From the IMG/VR virus record IMGVR_UViG_3300030333_003876, positions 1 through 31,534 of that record: DNA of 31,534 bases, one strand, 5' to 3'. This stretch comes from a virus (taxonomy: Duplodnaviria; Caudoviricetes). A program made the translations under genes and the position numbers. The notes beneath the pieces are model-generated. The model saw only the letters and a program-made list of their open reading frames with translations. It had not been told where the DNA came from and ran no database searches. Positions 6,563-16,400 of the stretch are shown piece by piece; the first letter of the stretch is position 1, and the number at the start of each line of letters is the position of its first letter.

Positions 6563-9500
6563 TGGAAAAGGATGTATTTATACCAAATGGTGGACTTAAT
6601 CAAGACACGGAAGAATTTTTCTTGCCAAAAGGAGATTATATAGATGCTAAAAATATAGTAATAGACTCTGGTGTACAAGGTGGTTCTTTGGCTATAAAAA
6701 AAATAGAAGGTGTTACTAACGTAGACAATTATTCTGGAACAATAAAAGCAGTCACAGAAACAAAAGGTGTAGTTTATTTTGTAACTAGACATGGAAACAC
6801 GGCGCGTTTATATCAATTAAAAGACAACGCAATATCAGAATTACTTAATTATCAACATTCTATATTAAGTGCGGATGACTTTTCACCAGACATCAAAGTC
6901 TTAGGGGACGTAGCTGTATGGAACTACTATAAAGGAGGAACTCCTTTAAGTTGGTATTTTGGAGGGTCAAGACCTGGTGGAAACATTCCGCCAGAAAGAA
7001 TACGTTTCGCAAAACGCACACCTAATTTTATATTTGATGTAACTAAAAACATATCTACCTCAACTCCTAAGTATTTTTTAGAACAAAACGATTTTCAATT
7101 TGCTGCTAGATATAAGTATGATAGTAATGAGATGTCAGCTCTAGGACCTATATCTGTGTGTTATAAAGCAGAGCCAAACATTTCTACATACTCAATAAGC
7201 AAAACAATAACAAACAAGCCTTTATATACAAAAGAGCTTGATTTATATGTTAGAGTAGGAAATTCAGGTGTGTTTAGAAGAATTAATACATTTGATATAT
7301 CTGATGATATATATAAAACAACTACAGTTTTAAATAAAGGTCAAGTTAAAGAAGGCGACGGTGAATTAACGTCATCTGTTACAAATGACACAAGTGATGG
7401 TACAAACGGAACATATACAGGAATTGTAGGTGTAACTAGCGGATTTGAAACTAATAGTACTGAAGGTTCTGGTTTAGAAATAAACGTAGAAATAGACGGA
7501 AATGCAGTTGGTAAAATAACGGTAAATGTAGGGGGTAAAAGATATGCTTCTGGAGAAACTATAACAATAAAAGACAGCGTTATAGGAGGAACAGAAGACG
7601 TGATTATTACATTACAAGCTTCTGATATAGATGAAACATTTACTTGGAGTGGTCAAACATATGAAGCAATAGACATAACAATAAGCTCAAAACTTTTTGA
7701 TAATGTACCTGTAGAAACAAAAGCTATAGAGGTAGCTGACAACAGAATATTTTTAGCTAACAATCAAGATGATTACGTAAATGACGCAACAGGCGACATA
7801 ACTATTCATGTGCCGTCTGACACGGGTTATGTTATTCCTGTATCCTCTTCAGGTTCTATAAAAAATTATTTTTCATCAGGTTCTAGTTCTTTAGCACAAG
7901 ACGCTGGAATTAACTCTACAGAAGACGGAACGACACATTATAAAACATTTGCTAATAATTCAGAATACGCTGTAGGTTACGCTTTTTATGATGAAGCCAT
8001 GAAAACTCGTGGTATTGAAAAATCAACAACATTTCAAACTAGCGATTTTGATTATCCAATAATACCGACAATTTCTCTAACGCTATCTAAAAGCGCAGAA
8101 GAATGTTTTCCATCATGGGCAAAGTATTTACAAGTACTGTATACTAAAAACCTTAATAAAACATTTTTTTATGAGGGATTTGCTTCAGCGTTTTGGTTTG
8201 AGTTACAAGAAGAAGGTTTAGCAGACCCATTATTTACAGGACAAACTAGGTCTACGTTTGATACAAGAAGAGTATTAAAGTTAAATGTAACAGACTCTGA
8301 TTTAAAAAATATAGAAAATTTAGTTATAAGCTTAATGGGCATGTTCCGTGATGAACAGCCGTATAACTATCAAGAGGGAGATAGAATTAGAATCAATTTA
8401 GTATCAAGCTCTGGAGCTTCTGACAATATATTAGACATGAGAATTAAAGGTCAGGCTGGAGCGCTTCTATACGTAGAATATACAGGAGGAGCGGTAGATT
8501 TGCAAAATGCGTTTTCGTATCCAGAAAAAAACTTTTTTGAAATTTATACACCTAAAGAAATTGCAGAAGAAGAAAATTTAATTTTTTATGAAAGCGGAAC
8601 TTTATTAACTAAAGAAGATTTTTCTAATAACGCAAAAACATATAACATTTCACAAAGAAGTGGAGTTTCAGGTGGGGGCTCTAGTAATTTTAACAGCCAA
8701 CAACCTTTAGGAGATTCAATATTTCAAAAATTAAATTTATTAAAATACTCTGAAGGTCCTTTTAAAAATACAACTACAGTTGCTAGTAGTGAGTCAGCTG
8801 CAAACCAAACTGTTACTATTAGAAATTCTGGCTCAGATATAGACTTCTTGTTTTATACTTCAGCAACTACACAAAGCCAAATTTCTGGACCAAATTTTAC
8901 TGGTAGTTTTTTAACATTTGTAGCTGGTTCTGATTTAGCAGAAAGAAGCACACATACTTTAGCAAACGATTCATTAACGTTTAATAACACTTACCATAAA
9001 GATGACAACGACAGTAGTGATACTGTAAAATTAATAGGAGGTAAGCTGCGTATATCTTTGTCAGTTTCTGGTTCTGGTGTGCTTTCAAGTATATTAGTAG
9101 TGCCAACCATAACTTTATTTCATGTAGATTCTGACGGAACAGAAACAGCTATAGGAACACCTTACACAACAAACTTTACTAATAGCGGTGGAAATATAGC
9201 AGCTAATACCACTATAAATCATGATATTAATTTTGGTTCTAGTAATCATACTTTTGGTAATTTATCTGCAAGTGGAATAAACAAAACTATTGACCATGAT
9301 GATAAGTTAAGAATAAAAGTAACCTCATTAATTTCTTGGACTACTAGCGCTTCGTGCAACGTAACTGCTACGTTAAGCACAAGTGCAGACCCTATACAAC
9401 TACAGGTTATAGGTGACTACAGAGAAGTTACAACTTCTATAGTGTTTGATAATGATGCAGGTGTAGAAGATGGAGGAAGCTTTGTAGTAAGAACAACATC

Positions 9501-10629
9501 AAAAGCAAAAAGAAAAATAGAATGGAATACGTCGTCTGGTAAACCTTTAAGCAGGTCTATAGAAAAAAGAATACAAAGAAAAATAAACAACATAAGATAC
9601 GGCGGTAAATTTATACAAGGAACTAACATAAACGACATATCATCGTTTTTTATTCTTGACAGGTCAGATGTTTCTCATGAAAATGGTGCTATACAAGTTT
9701 TACAAAAAACATCTAAATTACAAGCAGAAGGTCAAGTTATGTTGTGTATATGTGAAAACGAAACGTCGTCTATTTATTTAAATGAAAGAATATTAAGTGA
9801 CGGAGCAGGAAACACTTTGGTTGCACAAGCTGGTAAAGTATTAGGCACTATAAGAAATTTAAAAGGAAGTTACGGCACAGCTCACAGAAAATCTGTATCA
9901 CAGTACAAGGGAAATGTTTTTTGGTGGGATTCTAAAAGTAAAAAAGTTATTAGATACAACCGTAACGGACTAACGCCAATATCAGATATAGGTATGAAAA
10001 AATATTTTTATAACAGGACTGAAGCTCCTGTAGGGTATATATTACCTGTGTACGATATGTTTGTTATAGATTTCGGTGAAAATAAAGCCATAGGTTTTAA
10101 CAACAGAAACAACAGGTGGGTTTCTACATATAATGGACAAGTAGAGCTTGCTTTACATGTAGATGATGTTATTTATTATTTTAAAGGAGGAACTGTAAAA
10201 AAATCTTCATCTTCTAATTATGATACTTATGTAGACGGCTCTTCTTCAGCAGCACATTTACAATTTAGATTAAACTCTAATTTTCCAGTAGCATTAGAAA
10301 ATATAACAGTAGCACAAACAGGAGGAGATTTTGTAGACTACAGTCAAACAAACAATATTAAAAATGGTGTTTTACAAATAGATATAGAAAACGAAAACGG
10401 ACAAAACACTGTTTTATACGACACAAATTTTATGTTAGATTCTAGGTATTTATTTGCTCATGTAATGAGAGATACAGGGTCTAACGGAGGTATATTAAAC
10501 GGAGATTTTATGATAGGTTCTAATAATAAAATTAAACTTACAATAAAAGATTCTAATGATACAACCAACGATTATAAAATTAACGCTATCTCTGTAGGGT
10601 ATAATAACTCCGCAGGTCATAGATTATAA
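6562..10629 (+). CDS. Tail stabilisation/muzzle (nozzle) protein, P22 gp10-like/crAss-like
   Basis: 1355 aa. Motifs: N-terminal GGLNQD.....PKGDYIDAKNI, FAARYKYD.NEMSALGP, NRIFLAN, and C-terminal G.YG.....S...Y.G.VFWWD.....VIRY...GLTPISDIGMK.YF. Confidence 0.8.
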   Translation: MEKDVFIPNGGLNQDTEEFFLPKGDYIDAKNIVIDSGVQGGSLAIKKIEGVTNVDNYSGTIKAVTETKGVVYFVTRHGNTARLYQLKDNAISELLNYQHSILSADDFSPDIKVLGDVAVWNYYKGGTPLSWYFGGSRPGGNIPPERIRFAKRTPNFIFDVTKNISTSTPKYFLEQNDFQFAARYKYDSNEMSALGPISVCYKAEPNISTYSISKTITNKPLYTKELDLYVRVGNSGVFRRINTFDISDDIYKTTTVLNKGQVKEGDGELTSSVTNDTSDGTNGTYTGIVGVTSGFETNSTEGSGLEINVEIDGNAVGKITVNVGGKRYASGETITIKDSVIGGTEDVIITLQASDIDETFTWSGQTYEAIDITISSKLFDNVPVETKAIEVADNRIFLANNQDDYVNDATGDITIHVPSDTGYVIPVSSSGSIKNYFSSGSSSLAQDAGINSTEDGTTHYKTFANNSEYAVGYAFYDEAMKTRGIEKSTTFQTSDFDYPIIPTISLTLSKSAEECFPSWAKYLQVLYTKNLNKTFFYEGFASAFWFELQEEGLADPLFTGQTRSTFDTRRVLKLNVTDSDLKNIENLVISLMGMFRDEQPYNYQEGDRIRINLVSSSGASDNILDMRIKGQAGALLYVEYTGGAVDLQNAFSYPEKNFFEIYTPKEIAEEENLIFYESGTLLTKEDFSNNAKTYNISQRSGVSGGGSSNFNSQQPLGDSIFQKLNLLKYSEGPFKNTTTVASSESAANQTVTIRNSGSDIDFLFYTSATTQSQISGPNFTGSFLTFVAGSDLAERSTHTLANDSLTFNNTYHKDDNDSSDTVKLIGGKLRISLSVSGSGVLSSILVVPTITLFHVDSDGTETAIGTPYTTNFTNSGGNIAANTTINHDINFGSSNHTFGNLSASGINKTIDHDDKLRIKVTSLISWTTSASCNVTATLSTSADPIQLQVIGDYREVTTSIVFDNDAGVEDGGSFVVRTTSKAKRKIEWNTSSGKPLSRSIEKRIQRKINNIRYGGKFIQGTNINDISSFFILDRSDVSHENGAIQVLQKTSKLQAEGQVMLCICENETSSIYLNERILSDGAGNTLVAQAGKVLGTIRNLKGSYGTAHRKSVSQYKGNVFWWDSKSKKVIRYNRNGLTPISDIGMKKYFYNRTEAPVGYILPVYDMFVIDFGENKAIGFNNRNNRWVSTYNGQVELALHVDDVIYYFKGGTVKKSSSSNYDTYVDGSSSAAHLQFRLNSNFPVALENITVAQTGGDFVDYSQTNNIKNGVLQIDIENENGQNTVLYDTNFMLDSRYLFAHVMRDTGSNGGILNGDFMIGSNNKIKLTIKDSNDTTNDYKINAISVGYNNSAGHRL

Positions 10630-10641
10630 GAAAAAATGAAT

Positions 10642-10649
10642 TAATTTTG
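10642..10649 (+). promoter_or_regulatory. Bacteroidota-type -7 promoter element TAATTTTG
   Basis: Consensus match in the 32-nt gap before the ejection-protein genes. Confidence 0.5.
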
Positions 10650-10661
10650 AACAGATAAATT

Positions 10662-11519
10662 ATGTCTACAAATAACCCTTTATCATCGGTAATAGATTAT
10701 AAAGCAATACAACAAGAAATAAATAGACAAAAATACGGAAATACAAAAAATAAAAACGTGAGTAACGGAACAAGTCAAAAATCAGGAATAGGAGAATTTT
10801 TAAGCGGTCCATTAGGTGGTGTAGCGGTGAAAGGTGGGTTAGGTCTAATTGGTGGTCTTTTGGGTGGTATAGGAGAAAGAAGAGGAATTAAAGCACAGTT
10901 ACCTGGAATGCAAGATACGCTGGCAGGGTTGCAACAATACGGCTCTGAGTTTCTTGACCAAACAAGAGCCGCTTACGGTGGAGTTGCAGATTTAGCTGGA
11001 CCTGATTTTTCTGCTGCAAGAGGAGCAAGTAGAGACGCTATAAGAACAGCTGAAGAAGCACTTATGGGAGCTTCAGGTGGTAGAGTAGAAGGCTCGCAAT
11101 TAGCATTTGACCAAGCTGCTGAAGCACAAGCAGAACAACAAGGAGTATTAAGAAGAAGTGCTGGAGACGTAACAGATGTGTTACAGGCAGGAGCTTTACA
11201 ACAAATGTTAGCAAACAGAGAAAGAAATAAAATGGCTATGCAATTTGCACAACAAGGTCAAGCAAACCAAAGAGCAGCAGAACAGTCTCTAATAGGGGCA
11301 AGACAAGCTGGTGCTAGACAAGATTTTGCTATGACGCAAGCAGAGTTTAACGCACAAAGACAAAAAGATATGATGATGATACAAGGAGACGTAAACTTAG
11401 CTGAACTGCAAATGAATCAACGTATGGCTGAATTACAACAACAAAGCGCTATTGACCAAACTAGAGCTTCTATGAAAGGTTCATTACTTAGAGGTATTGG
11501 TGCGGGATTAGCGGGATAA
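10662..11519 (+). CDS. Putative internal virion/ejection (DNA transfer) protein
   Basis: Gly-rich hydrophobic segments at both ends (GGLGLIGGLLGGIG; GIGAGLAG) around an Ala/Gln-rich helical core. Position after the nozzle gene matches podoviruses. Confidence 0.65.
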   Translation: MSTNNPLSSVIDYKAIQQEINRQKYGNTKNKNVSNGTSQKSGIGEFLSGPLGGVAVKGGLGLIGGLLGGIGERRGIKAQLPGMQDTLAGLQQYGSEFLDQTRAAYGGVADLAGPDFSAARGASRDAIRTAEEALMGASGGRVEGSQLAFDQAAEAQAEQQGVLRRSAGDVTDVLQAGALQQMLANRERNKMAMQFAQQGQANQRAAEQSLIGARQAGARQDFAMTQAEFNAQRQKDMMMIQGDVNLAELQMNQRMAELQQQSAIDQTRASMKGSLLRGIGAGLAG

Positions 11520-11531
11520 TAAAAAATTAAT

Positions 11532-13388
11532 ATGGCTGTAAATTATTTTATAAACAATCCGCAAGAACAAATACAAAGAAATAGATTTGGATTTGAAAGG
11601 AGTGTAGCGCAAGGAACAAAAGGCGCAAAAGACGCTCTTGTAAATGTTTTTCAATTAAGAGCTGCACAAAAAATAAAAGACCAAGAATACAACGAAAAAC
11701 TATTAAATAATATAGATGGTTTGTTAGGTCAAGCAGACGCTTTTAACGCAGATATTATAAAAGAAAAAGTAAATGAGTTAAGAAGCTATACAGAAAAATA
11801 TATTGCAGATGGAGGAGATATGGATGATTCTGATTTTAAAGAAAAAATTAGAAACAGCACAAGAGAAATAAACAACATATCTCTTAACAGTAAAGTGGCA
11901 AATCAACTTATATCTAGTAAAATAAAAGCATTAACACCACAAATACGTAACGGGTTAGTAAGCGCTGATATATATGAAACATTACTTGCTTTAAATACAG
12001 ACAGAGATATTTTAACGTCTTCAAACACAGAAAGTTTGACAAAAGAAATTGACAAAATTGTTAATAATTCTATAGACTTTAGAGTTCCTCTTAGGGCTTT
12101 GTTAGAAGATAATAAAGGTAGTCAAATAGAATCTGATGTTGTAGATAAATTCACAGAACAAGACTCTGAACATGATTATGAATTTCACAGAACAAATACA
12201 GGGTTTGCAAATTACATGGACAAAACAACTGGTCAATTAAGAACTGATTTATCTACGTATTTAGGTGAGATGCTAAAAGAAAAGGTTGGCGGTAATTACG
12301 TGCCTTTTAATGATATAGATACTGACGGTGACGGTAATGCAGATGTATTAGGAAGAAAAACTAGAGGAATACAAACATATAACACAAATCAAATAATTAT
12401 AGATAGAGCTATAGAAGAGTATGAAAGATTACGGTACAATGAAGATAGCAATGGTAACTATACAATTCCACAAACAGAAGACCCTTTTGAACAAGCTGGT
12501 ATAGTATTGTCTATGGATAGTTATTTTGATAATAACGGATTTTCTAATATTATAGCTGAAAACAAAGAGTATCAACATAGTAAAACAACAAGAACTGACA
12601 GTGAATATAAAGAAAGAAAAAGGCAAGAAGCTTTACTAGAAGAACAAGAAAAATACAAACATTTCTTTTTAGGAAAAGGTTACAAGAGCGCTCCTTCTGG
12701 AGAAATTAGAAAACAAGAATCGCTAAAAGAAATAGTTCCAACATTAAATAATATATTAAGGAAAAGCTTAAGTACAACTGAAGAAGAATTAACAGACGTA
12801 GATGTAAAAAATTTACAAAATGTTAGAGATTTATTAGATGCTAGTACTAATGCAAATACTGAATCATATACAGGAGAACAGTTAATAAACGGAATATTAA
12901 CAGGTGACCCAAGGCTTAGTTCTTATGCGTTTCCACAAACAGAAAATGGTTTTGATGATTCTGTAGCAAAAGCTAATAAAGAAAAAATCAAAGAGTTAGC
13001 TCAAGGAATAACAAAAGATGACACTTGGTTTGGTAGAAACTTTGAAGACAACATAGAAATTATCAGATTAGCACTAACAAATCCAACCGAGTTAGGAGAA
13101 GACATAAATCAAGAAAATTTAAAAAATCTTGGAAGTGAAATAATTAGTTTACTAGGAATTGCAGATGACACAACATACAACCCTAATCATGAATATTTTT
13201 TGTTTGAGCCAACAAATCAAAAACTAGAAGCAGAAGTTATTAACTTTACAAGAAGCTCTCCTGCTTTAATGAGCTCTATACTAAGTAAATATGCAGACGA
13301 GTCATCATTAGTCAATTTTGCAGAAACGTTATACAATCAAAGAGAAACTAAAAACAGACCTTTAACTAAGTTTGTATATGCAGAATAA
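11532..13388 (+). CDS. Putative internal virion/ejection protein (618 aa)
   Basis: Helical, acidic ORF between the small and giant ejection-like genes. No recognisable catalytic motif. Confidence 0.5.
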   Translation: MAVNYFINNPQEQIQRNRFGFERSVAQGTKGAKDALVNVFQLRAAQKIKDQEYNEKLLNNIDGLLGQADAFNADIIKEKVNELRSYTEKYIADGGDMDDSDFKEKIRNSTREINNISLNSKVANQLISSKIKALTPQIRNGLVSADIYETLLALNTDRDILTSSNTESLTKEIDKIVNNSIDFRVPLRALLEDNKGSQIESDVVDKFTEQDSEHDYEFHRTNTGFANYMDKTTGQLRTDLSTYLGEMLKEKVGGNYVPFNDIDTDGDGNADVLGRKTRGIQTYNTNQIIIDRAIEEYERLRYNEDSNGNYTIPQTEDPFEQAGIVLSMDSYFDNNGFSNIIAENKEYQHSKTTRTDSEYKERKRQEALLEEQEKYKHFFLGKGYKSAPSGEIRKQESLKEIVPTLNNILRKSLSTTEEELTDVDVKNLQNVRDLLDASTNANTESYTGEQLINGILTGDPRLSSYAFPQTENGFDDSVAKANKEKIKELAQGITKDDTWFGRNFEDNIEIIRLALTNPTELGEDINQENLKNLGSEIISLLGIADDTTYNPNHEYFLFEPTNQKLEAEVINFTRSSPALMSSILSKYADESSLVNFAETLYNQRETKNRPLTKFVYAE

Positions 13389-13409
13389 TGGATAAAACAT
13401 TAAAATATT

Positions 13410-16400
13410 ATGGTAGAAAACAAAAACTTCAGACAGATTTATGATTTTTTATCATCTCAATTTGATGTAGGTACATTAGAGCAGTTCAGAGAAAAAATGA
13501 ACAGCGCTCTAAACAGAAAACAAATTTACGAAACTTTAAGTACGGCTTATGATATGGGAACATATGAGAGTTTTGTAAATAAAATAGGTTTTAAAAAAGA
13601 AGAAATTAAAACGCCTCATAACACTTTTGAATCACAAGATGTTGTAGATGTAAATTTAGATGAGGTTCAGTTTTACAATCCCTTTCAACAACAATTACAA
13701 AAAGATTTACAAACAGCTGCTAAAGGTATTAACGAAACTATTTATGGGGACGAGCCATACATCACACAAATTAAAAGATTAAAAGACGGAAACTTTTTAG
13801 AAACAACAAATTTAGATGGCAATCTTATTAGGGAAAGTCACAGAATGAAAGCAGATATTGACCCTATAAGTAAAAAACCAGTAGTGTTTCCTACACTGTA
13901 TCCTAAAGTAGAAAATCCTAGCAATAATCCAGAAGATTGGATTATGTTTGATAACAACGCTGAAGCAATAAAACACGCTAGAAAAAATGATGAGTTGTAC
14001 TTTGGCTACCCTTCATCTACAGGGGTGATTCCATTTAAAAAATTATCAGAAGCAAACAAATACGCTAAAGAAGGTTATAAAAAATTAAAAACATATAAAG
14101 AGTTTAATGATAATCTTTTTAAATATATGCAAAACAACCCTGGGGTTAGTGAAGAAATGCGATACATAACAGAGCAGGGAATAATAAGAAGAGCTAAACT
14201 AAGAGCAGTACAAGAGGAAGCAGCAAAAAACTATTACGACGGTGATTTTAAAAATGCAGCTCAAAAAACTTATGGAGCAGTAAAAGACGCAATAGTACAT
14301 GATATATTTTTTAATACAGTAGGTTCTATAGCTGCTGATATAGAAAACTTTATAGCAGGTACAGATAATTTATATGGTTGGTTAAATGATGTAGCTGAAA
14401 CAAAAGAAGAAAAAGATTTAGTAGATTTTTATACAGAAACATACAGGAGAAAAGGTATTATATCTGAAGAAGAAGTTAATGAAATTCTTAATAATGGTAT
14501 TTTTAATAACATAAAAGATGGGATTACAAAAGGAGACATGGGTCTTTTGTCACTTGGTTTTAACGCACTAGGAACACAAACTATGAGGGCTGTACCAACA
14601 GCAGCTGCTATTATGTATGGTGGTAGTGTAGCCGCTTCTTCTAAATACTTAAGGGGTTTGAGCACTGTAAATAGATTAAGAGCTGGAACGTTAATGTCAG
14701 CAACCCCTTATGGTTATGCTCACTCTGTTTTTGATGAATATAGACAAGACAAAAATGTAAGTGGAGGTGATAGAATAGAAAGTTTTGCTAGAGGTCTTGT
14801 AGAGGGTTTAACAGAAATAATAGGTGTATCGGCTAACAAAGTTTTTTTAGGGTCATTTACTTCAAGGCTTACAAAAAAAGAAAGAAAAGAATTGGTAGAT
14901 GCTTATCTAAAACCTTATAAAGCTAATATAGGTATGGGAGCATTAGAAGAAGGTTTTGAAGAATACGTTGCTTCTATAGCTAACGGCGTTATTGATGTTG
15001 TTGCTGATGGCGCTGACCCTTATGAAGTATTTCCAAAAAGACACAAAGAAGGGTTAGACCAATTTTTAGTAGGAGCTGGAGCAGGTACTCTTATAACTAG
15101 TGGCTCTAGAATATTATCTAATAAAACAAGTATACTTGAAGATGGTGATATAATAGATGAGTTAAATTTTATAAACGAATCTATAAATGACAAAAACGTA
15201 TCACAATCTACAAAAAAGAAACTAGAAGAAAGAAAAAATAAAATATACGACAACTACATAAATAACTACTCAAAAAAACTTATAGAATTTAATACTCTTG
15301 ATAAAAAAGATTTAGATAAAGCTATAGACAAAGCAACTGAATTAATAGAGTTAAAAATGTATCAATCAGAGTTAATAGAAAGAAAAAACAGAACTGGTAA
15401 GTCTACAAAAAGAACAGACAATCTTATTAAAAGTAACGACAAAAAAATAAACAACTTACAAAAACAACTTGATGAAATAACATCTAAAGCTGCTGCTGCA
15501 AAAGTACAAAAAGATATAGATGCCAAAACAGAAACCCCTGTTACAAACGAGCAAATAGAAAAAGAAAAAGAGGTAGCAGAAATTTCTTTTGATGCTAATA
15601 GCGCAAACGAAGCTAGCGAATATGTTAAAAACACAGGGTTTGGAAATCTATTAGATGGTATATCTAATTTATTGAAATCAACAAAAAAACTTACAGAAGG
15701 TAAGTTGCCTTTTAAAATTAATTTTTATAACAGCAACAAAAACTTTGCTAGTATTTCTGATAAAAAAATTACTGAAAAAGTAGCTGCTAAAATAGGAGGT
15801 AGATATGATAAAAACACAAATACAGCGCACATAAACTTAGAAGCATTAAGAGACTTAGACCCAACGCAAGCTACAGTAACATTATTACATGAAGTAATAC
15901 ACCCTATAGTAGAAGCTGTTATAAACGCAAATCCTGCAAGTTTAAAACCTATGGCAGATTTTGCTAAAAAAGATGCAGACATAAAAAAGTTTGTTGATGG
16001 ATTAGGAACTAAAAATCAAGAAACTTTAGACAAAGAAGCAGTTACAGAATACTTAGCAAGAGTTGCGTCAGGTGACATAAAACCTACTCTCACAACTATT
16101 GAGAGTTTTAAACAATCTGTTATAAATGCACTAAACTCTATAGGTATAAAACTACCGCAAAGTCTTGATTTTCAGATAGATACAGAACAAGATTTTAAAA
16201 ATTTTGCTTCTAGATTAGCAAATACTCTTAAGAGTGGGGCAACAATAAGAGTTGACGATAAGAGTGAAGTAATTCAGGAAGACGACAAATTCCAGGCGGT
16301 CAAAGAAAAAGCCAGAGAAGTTCAAGCAAAAGAAAAAATATTTAGCAAAGCAGCTGACGATGTACTAAAAGCAATAGAAGCAAATCAGGGTAAAGAAGAG

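Noticed and set aside
12310-12345. DIDTDGDGNAD as an RNA-polymerase DxDGD catalytic motif
   Set aside because: There is no surrounding double-psi-barrel context in a helical 618-aa protein. It looks more like a Ca-binding or low-complexity acidic loop.
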